In this document: one piece after another, positions 1 to 8,534 of the stretch
Layout of the letters: each line of letters starts with the position of its first letter
Position numbering within the stretch: position 1 is the first letter of the stretch
Origin: an uncultured Verrucomicrobiota bacterium
GTDB taxonomy: Bacteria > Verrucomicrobiota > Verrucomicrobiia > Limisphaerales > UBA8199
Length of the DNA: 64,000 nucleotides
Reading direction: 5' to 3'
Assembly: GCA_964631605.1 (NCBI GenBank)
Contig: CAZVYG010000010.1
Location: forward strand, 22,353 to 86,352
The notes under the pieces: generated by a model
Database searches by the model: none
The model's input: the letters and a program-made list of their open reading frames with translations, nothing else
Told to the model about the DNA's origin: nothing
Program-made: the position numbers and the translations under genes

Positions 1-656
1 GCCTTGTCATGCGAGCGGTTCGTCACCAGAATGGCGGCCGCGCCCCGCGAGAGCAGCGCTCGCGCGGTTTTCTCGCTGGTGTCCCCCGCTCCGATGACCA
101 GCACGGTTTTCTGATGGAGGGTGGAAAAGATTTTTTCGGCCAGCTCAACTGCGACCGAACCCACCGAGACGCTGCCGCGCTGGATGTTGGTTTCGGTGCG
201 GATTTGTTTGGCGACATTGAAGGCGCGCTGGAAGGCCTTGTTGAGCCGGCTGCCGGTGTGGCCGTTCTTGAGGGCCAGGTCGTAGGCTTTCTTGAGCTGT
301 CCAAGAATCTCCGTTTCGCCCAGCACCATCGAATCCAGTCAGCAAGCGACTTTGAACAGGTGATGCAGGCTTTGCGGTTCGGAGAAGCGATAGAGCTCGC
401 TCGGGACCGGCTCGCGGTATTGACGGGAATCCAACAACCACGCCTGCAGTCCGTTGAACGCGTGCCGGGGATCCAGGGAGGTGGCAGCGTAGATTTCGAC
501 CCGGTTGCACGTGGACAGGATCACGGCTTCCTCGGCGGTCCCACTCTTTCGAAGCGAATCCAGCGCCTCGGGCACTGCCGTTTCCGGGAAGGCAAAACGC
601 TCCCGCACGGTCACGGGGGAGGAATGATGACTCAAGCCGAGAACGATAATGGGCAT
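1..656 (-). CDS. hemA: glutamyl-tRNA reductase HemA (3' end beyond the window edge; one in-frame TGA at 339-341, so possible pseudogene or readthrough)
   Basis: ATG at 656. MPIIVLGLSHHSSPVTVRERF, catalytic Cys motif LSTCNRVEIY, HLFKVAC-TGA-LDSMVLGETEILGQLKKAY. Hand translation of 1-338 in the same frame continues to VLVIGAGDTSEKTARAL (NADPH fold) with no other stop. Confidence 0.85.
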
Positions 657-719
657 CTCAAGAACCGGGGCATCCGGCAAGGCGCGAGACGGAAGTCAGG
701 GCGGTGAGTGGCGGGGCGG

Positions 720-1547
720 TCATGGGTTGTGAAGCGGTGACAGCGCGTTGGTTCCCCAAAACGTCAAGAGCACGAAAGCGAAACTGCCAACGGCGCCCAG
801 GGCGAACCGCCTGCCGGTTTGGTCGAAGGCCCACCGCATCAGAATGAGGCCAAGATAAATCAGCCAGACCAGGGCGGACCAGATCACTTTGGGGTCCGTT
901 CGAAACGCGTGGGGATGCGCAAGCTGGCTCAGGCCAAGGGCGCCAATCGCCAAACCGACGGTGAGCAGTCCGAACCCGGCCACCAGCAGACGCCCCACCA
1001 CCAACTCGAGGCGTTGTATCGGAGGCAACAACGAAAAGACCGCCTGCAACTTGTGGAACTTGAGGTTTCGCTCCTGAGTCAGGTACATCAAGGCGGCCAC
1101 CGCGCTCAAACCGAAGCACCCGTAAGCCAGAGACAACAACGCCGCGTGCAGACTCGTATAAAGCTTCGGCACTTCCGGCCGCGCGGCCTGCACGGTGTCC
1201 AGCCCCGGCATCAGCGCAAAGACTCCCACCGCAAAAAGGACGGGCGAAGCAAACGCCCCCAGGAACCGCACCCGCCTCCAGAGCCCGATCACCAGGTAAA
1301 CCGCGACGATGGTCCAGGTCGAAAAGATGGTCGCCTCGTAAAGGTTCGACACGGGGCAATGGTTGAGCCGATAGCCGCGCAGGAACATGGCTGCCGTGTG
1401 AAATCCAAACGCAAGCAGCAGCAGGCAATAAACGACTCGATTATGATGGCGAAACCCCTGGCGCCACAAAAAAACAGAATAAATCATGCTGACGCCGTAA
1501 ACGATGACGGCCAGCATGAACACATGGCGCTCGGTGAACCAGTCCAC
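720..1547 (-). CDS. CcsA/HemX-like cytochrome c assembly family membrane protein
   Basis: 275 aa polytopic membrane ORF immediately upstream of hemA, as HemX is in the Bacillus hemAX arrangement. W/G-rich helices (FSTWTIVAVYLVIGLW, WSALVWLIYLGL). Start is GTG at 1547 or ATG at 1517. Confidence 0.7.
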   Translation of the reverse strand: MDWFTERHVFMLAVIVYGVSMIYSVFLWRQGFRHHNRVVYCLLLLAFGFHTAAMFLRGYRLNHCPVSNLYEATIFSTWTIVAVYLVIGLWRRVRFLGAFASPVLFAVGVFALMPGLDTVQAARPEVPKLYTSLHAALLSLAYGCFGLSAVAALMYLTQERNLKFHKLQAVFSLLPPIQRLELVVGRLLVAGFGLLTVGLAIGALGLSQLAHPHAFRTDPKVIWSALVWLIYLGLILMRWAFDQTGRRFALGAVGSFAFVLLTFWGTNALSPLHNP

Positions 1548-1625
1548 AGTTTCAAAATTAGCCCGGCGCAGTGGCTGTGCAAGCGGTAAGTGCGCGGCCG
1601 GCAGCCAGAGGCTCGGCGGGACCCC

Positions 1626-3029
1626 TCAGCTCAGCAGGGCGCGGCAGGCGGAACGCAGTCTCTTTAGGCTGGCTTCAGACCGCGCTTCGATGTAGCAGCG
1701 AATCAACGGTTCGGTGCCGCTGGCGCGAAAGGCGACCCACTCCCGGTTCGGAAGCAAATACTTGTAACCGTCGGTGGTAATAAACTTTTCGACCTTGAAC
1801 GGGCCGATGGTTTCCATCCCGCTGCCGAGTCGGGTCAGCAGCGCTTCCTTGGTGTCCGGCCGAATGCGGATGTTGATGCGCTCGGTGTAAAACTTGCCAA
1901 TTCGCTTTTCGAGGTCTTTAAGAATCCGCCCCAGGGACTTGCGTTCCGTGGCCACCAGTTCCGCCATCAACAGGCAGGCCAGAATGCCATCCTTTTCCGG
2001 CACATGGCCTTTGACGCTGAGACCGCCAGACTCTTCCCCGCCCACGATGATGGGCTCGCTCTCCATCAGCGCGCCAATGTACTTAAACCCAACCGGGGTC
2101 TCATGCACCTTCACTCCCAACAGCTCGGCCACGGCGTCCACCTGGTGGCTGGTGGGCACGGTTCGCACCACCGCCCCGGTCCATTTGCGGTTCTTCTTGA
2201 GGTGGTAGAGCGCCAACGCCAACACCTGGTTGGGCGTCAGCCAGGTGCCGTCCTTGTCCACGATTCCGAAACGGTCCGCGTCGCCGTCCAACCCAAGCCC
2301 CATTTGCGCTTTCCCGCTACGGACAAAACGGCTTACCTCCGCCATGCCTTGGGCATCCGGTTCCGGATGATGTCCTCCGAACAGCGGATTCAACTCGTTG
2401 TGGAAAACGGTCACCCGGGCGCCGGAGTCCGCCAGGAGGGTGTCGAGGTAGCCGTGTCCGGTCCCGTACATGAGCTCGACCGCGACGTTGAGCCGCGCCT
2501 TTCGTATGGTGTCGAAATCCACCAGCTTTCGCAGTTGCTTGAAGTAGGCCGGCTGCGGATTGATGGTCTTGCAGGAAAAAGTCCCCACAACCGCCGCTTC
2601 AAAGCTCCAATTCTCCGCCAACCGCCGCGCCGCGTTCGCTTCGATCTGGCGGGTGACCTCGGGGTGCGCCGGCGCGCCGTTGCTGGTCGAAAACTTCAGG
2701 CCCTGATACTCGGCCGGGTTATGGCTGGCGGTCATGTTAATGCCGCCAATGGCTTTGCGCGCGCGGATGGTGTGCGCGATCACCGGCGTGGGCGTGTCCC
2801 GGTCGCAGAGCAGGGGAGTGTACCCGTTCCGTGCCAGCACCTCGGCCGCCGCCAGCGTGAACTCGCGTCCCAGAAAGCGGGTGTCGTGGCCCAGGATCAC
2901 CGTCCGGGATTTGGGTTCGGACAACGTCGCCAGATAATCCGCGATGGCCTGGGTCGCCAGCCGCACATTGTCGAACGTGAAATCGCGCGCAATCAGCCCC
3001 CGCCACCCGCTCGTGCCAAACTTAATCAT
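1626..3029 (-). CDS. phosphoglucomutase/phosphomannomutase family (alpha-D-phosphohexomutase)
   Basis: MIKFGTSGWRG N-terminus, active-site Ser loop MTASHNPAEYQGLKF, metal loop GLDGDADRFG. Confidence 0.9.
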   Translation of the reverse strand: MIKFGTSGWRGLIARDFTFDNVRLATQAIADYLATLSEPKSRTVILGHDTRFLGREFTLAAAEVLARNGYTPLLCDRDTPTPVIAHTIRARKAIGGINMTASHNPAEYQGLKFSTSNGAPAHPEVTRQIEANAARRLAENWSFEAAVVGTFSCKTINPQPAYFKQLRKLVDFDTIRKARLNVAVELMYGTGHGYLDTLLADSGARVTVFHNELNPLFGGHHPEPDAQGMAEVSRFVRSGKAQMGLGLDGDADRFGIVDKDGTWLTPNQVLALALYHLKKNRKWTGAVVRTVPTSHQVDAVAELLGVKVHETPVGFKYIGALMESEPIIVGGEESGGLSVKGHVPEKDGILACLLMAELVATERKSLGRILKDLEKRIGKFYTERINIRIRPDTKEALLTRLGSGMETIGPFKVEKFITTDGYKYLLPNREWVAFRASGTEPLIRCYIEARSEASLKRLRSACRALLS

Positions 3030-3033
3030 ACCG

Positions 3034-3423
3034 TCAACTTCTCCATTCGAACGCGTCCTTCTTCACCGCGTAAATGTAACCGACCAGCAGAATCCCGAGA
3101 AACGAAAGCATCGCCCCAAGAATCATCCCCGCGTGGTCCGTCAGCATGTCCCGGTACACCACCGCCCACGGGTAAAGAAAGACCACCTCGATGTCGAACA
3201 GGATGAACAACATGGCCACGAGGTAAAACTTGATGGACAGCCGGGTGCTGCCCTGGCCGGCCGGCAGCATCCCGCATTCGTAGGCCGTGTCCTTGATCTT
3301 CGAGCGCCGGCCCTTCTTGCCCAGCAACACCGACCCTACCAGCATCCCCGCCGAAAACACCACCGCCAAAATGCCCAGCAGCAGCACTGGCAAATACTGT
3401 TTCAGTTCTTCGGACAATTCCAT
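3034..3423 (-). CDS. nuoA: NADH-quinone oxidoreductase subunit A
   Basis: Internal ATG at 3423. YECGMLPAGQGSTRLSIKFYLVAMLFILFDIEVVFLYPWA closely matches the NuoA/ND3 core. The stop lies 4 nt before the phosphohexomutase start. Confidence 0.85.
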   Translation of the reverse strand: MELSEELKQYLPVLLLGILAVVFSAGMLVGSVLLGKKGRRSKIKDTAYECGMLPAGQGSTRLSIKFYLVAMLFILFDIEVVFLYPWAVVYRDMLTDHAGMILGAMLSFLGILLVGYIYAVKKDAFEWRS

Positions 3424-3630
3424 GCGCCGCAATTTACGAGCGGCGTTCCAATTGGCAAGCTGAAAGCCTTCCTGCCCACGCAACCCGTCATCGAGGAGGC
3501 AGCCACGGGACTGTTTCCAACGCTGCAATACCTCTTCCAACCGCCCATTCGGCACGCCGTGCCGCGGAGACAGTCAGCCAGGTGCGGCATTCATGCAGCT
3601 TGCTTTCCAGTCAGGGAGTCGGACCGCGGG

Positions 3631-5409
3631 TCAGTGTGAGGGATAACGCCACACCCAGTCGCCTTTGGTCGCATCCGCCCGTCCGCTCTTGCTGAGTTCA
3701 ATTTTGCCGCCCTCATCGGTCCGGTTCCATCCAACCGAGTAGAGGAGGAACTGGTCTTCGCTGACGAGGCGGTATCGCAGCGGCTGGCCGTTGATCAGGT
3801 CATGCGGCACGGGGTCAAGGAAGCCGGGAGCCAGGGCTGCGAGCGTTTCGGGATATCGGCCATTTGCCAGGCGGTGCCGCTCCAACGCGCAGGCCACCCG
3901 CGCCTGATCCAGATACGACTGTAACTGCGCATTCTTTCGAGCAATTCCTCCCAAGGCCGGCAGCAACCGGCTTGAAAAGATATTATAGGGACTCCGTCGT
4001 GAAAGCCGCCGCTCCATGAGGGAGGTGAACTGACTCACAGTTTCCGGCCGCACCAGTCGCGATTTGGGGTCAACTGCAACCAGCAGGCAGCCGCGGTACA
4101 GTTGGCAAATGGCGTACTTGTTTTGGTCGAACCAGCCCGACGGAACCAGGTGGAACAGCGCCCCCCCCAAGGACTTTTCCCACGGGGCGGGCTCCGCGGA
4201 TTCGCCGCCGGGAACTCCCTCGCTGAAGAGCTTCTGCCAGCCAGCCTTGCGCGCGTACTCAATCGTCCAGAGACTCAGGGCGCGTTCTCCGCGCATGGCA
4301 AAATGGTAGTCAGCCAGGAAGTCAAGCTTGCCCAGTTCCTCCCCCAGCCATACCAGGTCCGCTTCCGTCCACTGCCGGTCCTTGAGGCCCTCCCAAACCG
4401 GTTGCAGGGCGATTTGCACCATCGCCGCGCGCACCAAGTGCGAGATGATGAAAGGCTCCTGCCGAAGGTATTCAGTGATTCGCAGGAGAGCGCGAATGTC
4501 CTCGAGGGCCGTTTGCCGGTCGCCGGCTTTCAGCGCGGCTGTTGCGTGCAGCGACAAGTAGGTGGCGCATCCGCGCATCCGCGCCAAGTGCGGCAGCAGG
4601 GCCGCGATACCCGCGTCGTAGTTCACCCAAAAACGGCCGTGCGGGCGCTGGGCGGTTTCGATTAGAATTTGGCGGTTTGGTTCAAAACGGCTGAGGGCCA
4701 GGAGAACATCCTTGGCCGGGCTTTGCGGGCTGGCGGCGACCGGGAAATAATTGGTCAAGGCGCCGTTGGCGGCGGTGAACAGGTTGTTGCTGCCGCGATA
4801 GAACGCCTGCCAGGCGGCCAGGTCCACCGGCGTCGCCTCCTGCCATCCGCCGTAACGCGGCGCGTCCCGCCCCTCGGGTCCGTAGATGTCGAGAATCGTC
4901 CGCTGGCCCGACAGGCTGTTGTCCCCCAGTCCCGTTCGGTTGGTCTGGACCTGCCGGAGGTCGGTCCAAAGCGGGCTCTCGAAGAAATTCTGGTCCGCTG
5001 GAACGGAGGGCGGGACAAAGGCGGAAAGGTCAAATCGTTCGCCCAAGGCTTCCTCGGTTCGCTTGAACTCCAGCCAGGCCCGGCGGCCGCGCCAGTTCTC
5101 GACGGCATAGAAAAGGGCCACCATTGTTGCCAGGCACAGAGCGACGAAAAAACGGTAGCGCAGCAACCCGGCCAGGCCCCGGCGAACCGGAGGGATCCAT
5201 GCCAGAACAAAGGCGGGCAGACTGACCAGAAAGCACAGGGCGCAACCCAGCGCCGCAAAGGCCAGCGGCACGTTTGGCTGCGACAACACGGCATTGCCCA
5301 GCACCAGGCTGCCGATCAGTCCCACGAGGCTCAGCAAGGCCAGCCAGAAGAAAAAGTGACGCGGCTCGTTCCACGCCCGCTGGATGATTTCGTTCAGGCT
5401 CTTTTTCAT
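3631..5409 (-). CDS. hypothetical membrane protein (4 N-terminal TM helices plus a large extracytoplasmic domain), co-transcribed with the ECF sigma/anti-sigma pair
   Basis: ATG at 5409 overlaps the anti-sigma TGA (ATGA at 5406-5409). Hydrophobic N-terminus FFFWLALLSLVGLIGSLVLG... No family recognised. Confidence 0.65.
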   Translation of the reverse strand: MKKSLNEIIQRAWNEPRHFFFWLALLSLVGLIGSLVLGNAVLSQPNVPLAFAALGCALCFLVSLPAFVLAWIPPVRRGLAGLLRYRFFVALCLATMVALFYAVENWRGRRAWLEFKRTEEALGERFDLSAFVPPSVPADQNFFESPLWTDLRQVQTNRTGLGDNSLSGQRTILDIYGPEGRDAPRYGGWQEATPVDLAAWQAFYRGSNNLFTAANGALTNYFPVAASPQSPAKDVLLALSRFEPNRQILIETAQRPHGRFWVNYDAGIAALLPHLARMRGCATYLSLHATAALKAGDRQTALEDIRALLRITEYLRQEPFIISHLVRAAMVQIALQPVWEGLKDRQWTEADLVWLGEELGKLDFLADYHFAMRGERALSLWTIEYARKAGWQKLFSEGVPGGESAEPAPWEKSLGGALFHLVPSGWFDQNKYAICQLYRGCLLVAVDPKSRLVRPETVSQFTSLMERRLSRRSPYNIFSSRLLPALGGIARKNAQLQSYLDQARVACALERHRLANGRYPETLAALAPGFLDPVPHDLINGQPLRYRLVSEDQFLLYSVGWNRTDEGGKIELSKSGRADATKGDWVWRYPSH

Positions 5410-5999
5410 ATCGTCAACCTTTCCAATACCGGAGGCAGGCCGGGGGAAGAATCCGTCCGGGGCCCCGGCGCGGCTCGCTCGCCTTCGCGGGGTTCCGAGG
5501 AGGCAGCGAATTCGCCAAAATCCGCCATCAACAAACGCTTTTGCCACAAGGCCATCCGCATTTCGGCGGCAGACGGCGTGGGCGTCGGCACGCCGGCCAA
5601 CGTCGCCGGTTCATGCGCCGCGCTGTGCAGAGACAGGATTACGATCCACACCGCCGCCAAGGCGGCCCAGGCTGCGGGGGATGGCTGCAGGCTTCCTGCG
5701 AGAAAATCCCTCAGGCTCACCCAGACTCCGCGGATTCCGTTCCAAGCGGATGGCCGGGCTGTCGGCGCGGACTTCCCGGAGGCGAGCAACCTCCTCTCGA
5801 TTGCATTCCACAGAGCGCTTGTCTTCTGAGCCTGCCTGAGGTGGGCGGCGATTGGATTATCAAGTGCGCTTCGCCTGGCAAAGTCTCGCGCGCACTCTGC
5901 GCAGTTCTCGAGGTGCCGCTCGACTTCCATTGTCGTCCGTGAATCCAGTTCCGAATCCAGCCACGCATCATATAAGCGTTGAATCTCGTCGCAGTTCAT
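5406..5999 (-). CDS. anti-sigma factor, zf-HC2 type, single-pass membrane
   Basis: MNCDEIQRLYDAWLDSELD...ERHLENCAECA (H-x3-C-x2-C), TM AAWAALAAVWIVILSL. Lies directly after the ECF sigma gene. Confidence 0.75.
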   Translation of the reverse strand: MNCDEIQRLYDAWLDSELDSRTTMEVERHLENCAECARDFARRSALDNPIAAHLRQAQKTSALWNAIERRLLASGKSAPTARPSAWNGIRGVWVSLRDFLAGSLQPSPAAWAALAAVWIVILSLHSAAHEPATLAGVPTPTPSAAEMRMALWQKRLLMADFGEFAASSEPREGERAAPGPRTDSSPGLPPVLERLTI

Positions 6000-6001
6000 A
6001 A

Positions 6002-6580
6002 TCAATTCTCCTTGCGAAGTTCTTTGCCGGCACCACCGCGGGCGAGGAGTAGGCGCATCTTTTGCCGAGCCCGGGCAAGGTTGCCCATGACGCTGCCCAG
6101 GGGAATCCCCAAGGTGTCGCTGATTTCGCGGTAGCGGAGTTCGCCGATGGCGCGCAGCAACAGGACGGCCCGTTCCGTGTCGGTCAGAGTCTTCAAGCCG
6201 GCCGTCAACGTGGGCTCCAGGACCTGTCGCAACTCCGCTTCAGAAGCCGGCAAAGCCCCACTTTCGCTGGCGGCCTCCCCGGCCGCAAACTGCTCCAGTT
6301 CCTCCGGTTCGAGCAGGAATTCATGACGGGCGAGGCGGGCGCGTTTCCGATTCAGCGCGAAAGCCTCGCGGGTCACAATTTGGAACATCCATGCCCGGAA
6401 ACTGGCGCCTTCGCGGTAGCGATCAAACGCAGCAAAAGCCCGCCACACCGCGTTCTGCAATGCGTCCGGCGCCTCCTGCGGTTCCCAGACCAGGCGCCGA
6501 CAATAGTTTTCCAGGTCCTGCTCGATGGGCTGGAGCAGTGCCAGGAATCGGTCGGCGTCGCTTGTTCCGGGTTCGCTCAT
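6002..6580 (-). CDS. RNA polymerase ECF (sigma-70 family, group 4) sigma factor
   Basis: ATG at 6580. Region 2 (FRAWMFQIVTREAFALNRK) and region 4 HTH (LTDTERAVLLLRAIGELRYREISDTLGIPLGSVMGNLARARQKM). Confidence 0.85.
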   Translation of the reverse strand: MSEPGTSDADRFLALLQPIEQDLENYCRRLVWEPQEAPDALQNAVWRAFAAFDRYREGASFRAWMFQIVTREAFALNRKRARLARHEFLLEPEELEQFAAGEAASESGALPASEAELRQVLEPTLTAGLKTLTDTERAVLLLRAIGELRYREISDTLGIPLGSVMGNLARARQKMRLLLARGGAGKELRKEN

Positions 6581-6636
6581 GTTATCTCGCTGTTTAGATA
6601 AAGCCGGCAACCCGTCGTTTTATTACAAATCTCTTT

Positions 6637-6663
6637 CGATTTCTCCCGATTTCCGCCGATTTC
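6637..6663. repeat. three exact CGATTTC copies at 10-bp phase (6637, 6647, 6657), with a degenerate fourth at 6670
   Basis: Read directly: tttCGATTTCtccCGATTTCcgcCGATTTCcaccttCGATC, 57-83 nt upstream of the ECF sigma ATG (GAAATCG on the coding strand). Confidence 0.8.
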
Positions 6664-6743
6664 CACCTTCGATCATCTCGAATGGTGCCCCTCGACTTGG
6701 CCGGTTCCCGGCGCAATCCGCCCCATTCGCCGGAGCTCGGCCT

Positions 6744-8534
6744 TTACAACCTCCCCTGCGCCCAGAGCATGAAACCCGCAAGCAGCTTGGCGCCGGAGGT
6801 GTCAATAATCGCGTCCTGCGCCAGGAGTGGCTGATGGGGTGGAGGCAGCAGCCGCGCCAGGACGTCCATGTTGAAAAGCGGTTCCAGCAGTTTACGGCCG
6901 GGTTCGGCTTGTTCGCGAATGGCTCTCCACCCCGGCCCGTTGAAGTCCAGCACCCGGTAGTAGAACCGCCGTTCAAACCGCCGTTTCCGCAGCCAACGGT
7001 CAAGGGCGGAACTCAAGTTCCGCAGCCGATGGTTCGTCCACGACCCGTAAGCTGACGTCAGTGGCCGAATGTCGTAAGAGTTCCGATCCAGGGGCAGGCG
7101 CGCCAGGTCGGGAAAACGGGTGGCGACCAGGTGCTCCTGGAGTCGGCGGCGGAGCATTGAAGCCAGCGGAATGCCGGCCATGACCTCGAGCACTTTGCGG
7201 TCGGTGGTGGGCAATACAGGCCAACCCCACAGCCCGTGCAGGCCCAGTACGGGCGAAGTGTGAAAACGGTGCCGGTGGAGGATGGTGTAGGTCCAGGCCT
7301 TTTGAAAATCCTGGCCGCCACACGCCTCGAAATCCTGGCGCATCCGTTCAATCGAGCGGTCAACGGCGTCTGGGAACACCTCCGGGCGCAGCAACTGGCG
7401 CAAAGCAGGTTCGGCAATGCCCCACCGATTGTCCCGCGCAAACAGATGCTCGAAGCGCACCCGTCCTCCGGGGTCCACCTGGGACTGCTGGATTACGATG
7501 CCGCCGCCAATCACCACATCCATCACCTGGCCGGAGGTATAACCGCCCTCAGCCGGCGGGGTCTGCCTCTGCTGCCAGCAGAACACGGCGTTGAAGCCGT
7601 TGGCCAGCCCGCGCCATTGAACCTCCCGCTCCGCAAACCGGGGATAGCTCGCTTCGTCCACCGGCCAGATTTCCTGGTCGAATTTCAGCACCCTGGCCGC
7701 TTTTCGGGCGCAGTGCATCTCGAGATCCTTCGGGTGGCCCCAGGTAATGGCTTTGGGCTTCAGGGATCGCTGGCGCAAGAAGCCGCCCAGCATCCGCGAG
7801 TCCAGCCCGCCCGAAAAAAGAATCTCATAGCGGGGTCCGGGCGGCATGTGCCGCGCGATCGCCTGATCCAGGCTCGTCGCCACCAGCTCCGCATGCGCTT
7901 CAAAGTCCAACCCGAAATAGCGATCCGAAACCGGAATGCGATACTGCGGCCGCTCCCGCGCATTGCCTCTCTCCCAGATCAGGAGGTTGCCGGCTCCCAG
8001 CCGGCGCACCCCCTCCCAAAGCGTCCGCCCCTCGAGGAAGTAATTCGCGGCAAGCAGGCCCGCCAGACCCTCAAGGTCCAATCGCCCGCGCCAACCGGGG
8101 TGACAACGAAACAATTCCGGACTGGAGGCTATCAGCAGAGCATCGCCCCGGCTGTAGTAATACACGGGGAATCGGCCCAGAATGTCGGCTCCAACCAGCA
8201 ACCTCCCGGGGTACCGCCAGACCAGCGCGCCGTAAAGCCCGTCAAAGGGGGCAGGCGCTGCGCTTTGCCCTGTCGTCCACCTGTCGGCAACGGTTCTTGC
8301 TGAGAGGCGGTGGGGCGTGCCATCCAGTGCCTGGCCCAAAAGCAGCGCGGCTGTATCAGATGAATGCCAGCAGTCCGCCGGCTTGCCGGAGGCGCATGCC
8401 CAGGCGACGGCAAGGTCTGACAGTTCAAAAGATGCGACCGGCAGCCCCAGTTTCTCAAATTCAGCTCGTGCGTGCGCAACGCACCTCGCCCGGACCTCGG
8501 CGCACTCGCCCACCATCGCAAGGAAATGGCTCAT
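6744..8534 (-). CDS. asparagine synthetase B-family protein lacking the N-terminal Cys nucleophile (lasso-cyclase-like architecture)
   Basis: PP-loop EILFSGGLDSRMLGGFL. Degenerate glutaminase-like N-half (DGLYGALVWRYPGRLLVGADILGRFPVYYY). N-terminus is MSHFLAMVG, not MCG. Confidence 0.8.
   Translation of the reverse strand: MSHFLAMVGECAEVRARCVAHARAEFEKLGLPVASFELSDLAVAWACASGKPADCWHSSDTAALLLGQALDGTPHRLSARTVADRWTTGQSAAPAPFDGLYGALVWRYPGRLLVGADILGRFPVYYYSRGDALLIASSPELFRCHPGWRGRLDLEGLAGLLAANYFLEGRTLWEGVRRLGAGNLLIWERGNARERPQYRIPVSDRYFGLDFEAHAELVATSLDQAIARHMPPGPRYEILFSGGLDSRMLGGFLRQRSLKPKAITWGHPKDLEMHCARKAARVLKFDQEIWPVDEASYPRFAEREVQWRGLANGFNAVFCWQQRQTPPAEGGYTSGQVMDVVIGGGIVIQQSQVDPGGRVRFEHLFARDNRWGIAEPALRQLLRPEVFPDAVDRSIERMRQDFEACGGQDFQKAWTYTILHRHRFHTSPVLGLHGLWGWPVLPTTDRKVLEVMAGIPLASMLRRRLQEHLVATRFPDLARLPLDRNSYDIRPLTSAYGSWTNHRLRNLSSALDRWLRKRRFERRFYYRVLDFNGPGWRAIREQAEPGRKLLEPLFNMDVLARLLPPPHQPLLAQDAIIDTSGAKLLAGFMLWAQGRL

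Noticed and set aside
339-341. Genome-wide reassignment of TGA (for example code 25, TGA=Gly) or selenocysteine as the explanation for the hemA in-frame TGA.
   Set aside because: TGA terminates many well-delimited genes here (actA, actF, CcoN-like, CcoO-like, hemE, hemY, GT2, anti-sigma and others), often inside ATGA overlaps with the next start. The aligned residue is a structural Gly, not a redox Cys. I saw no obvious SECIS-like hairpin just downstream, though that was by eye only.
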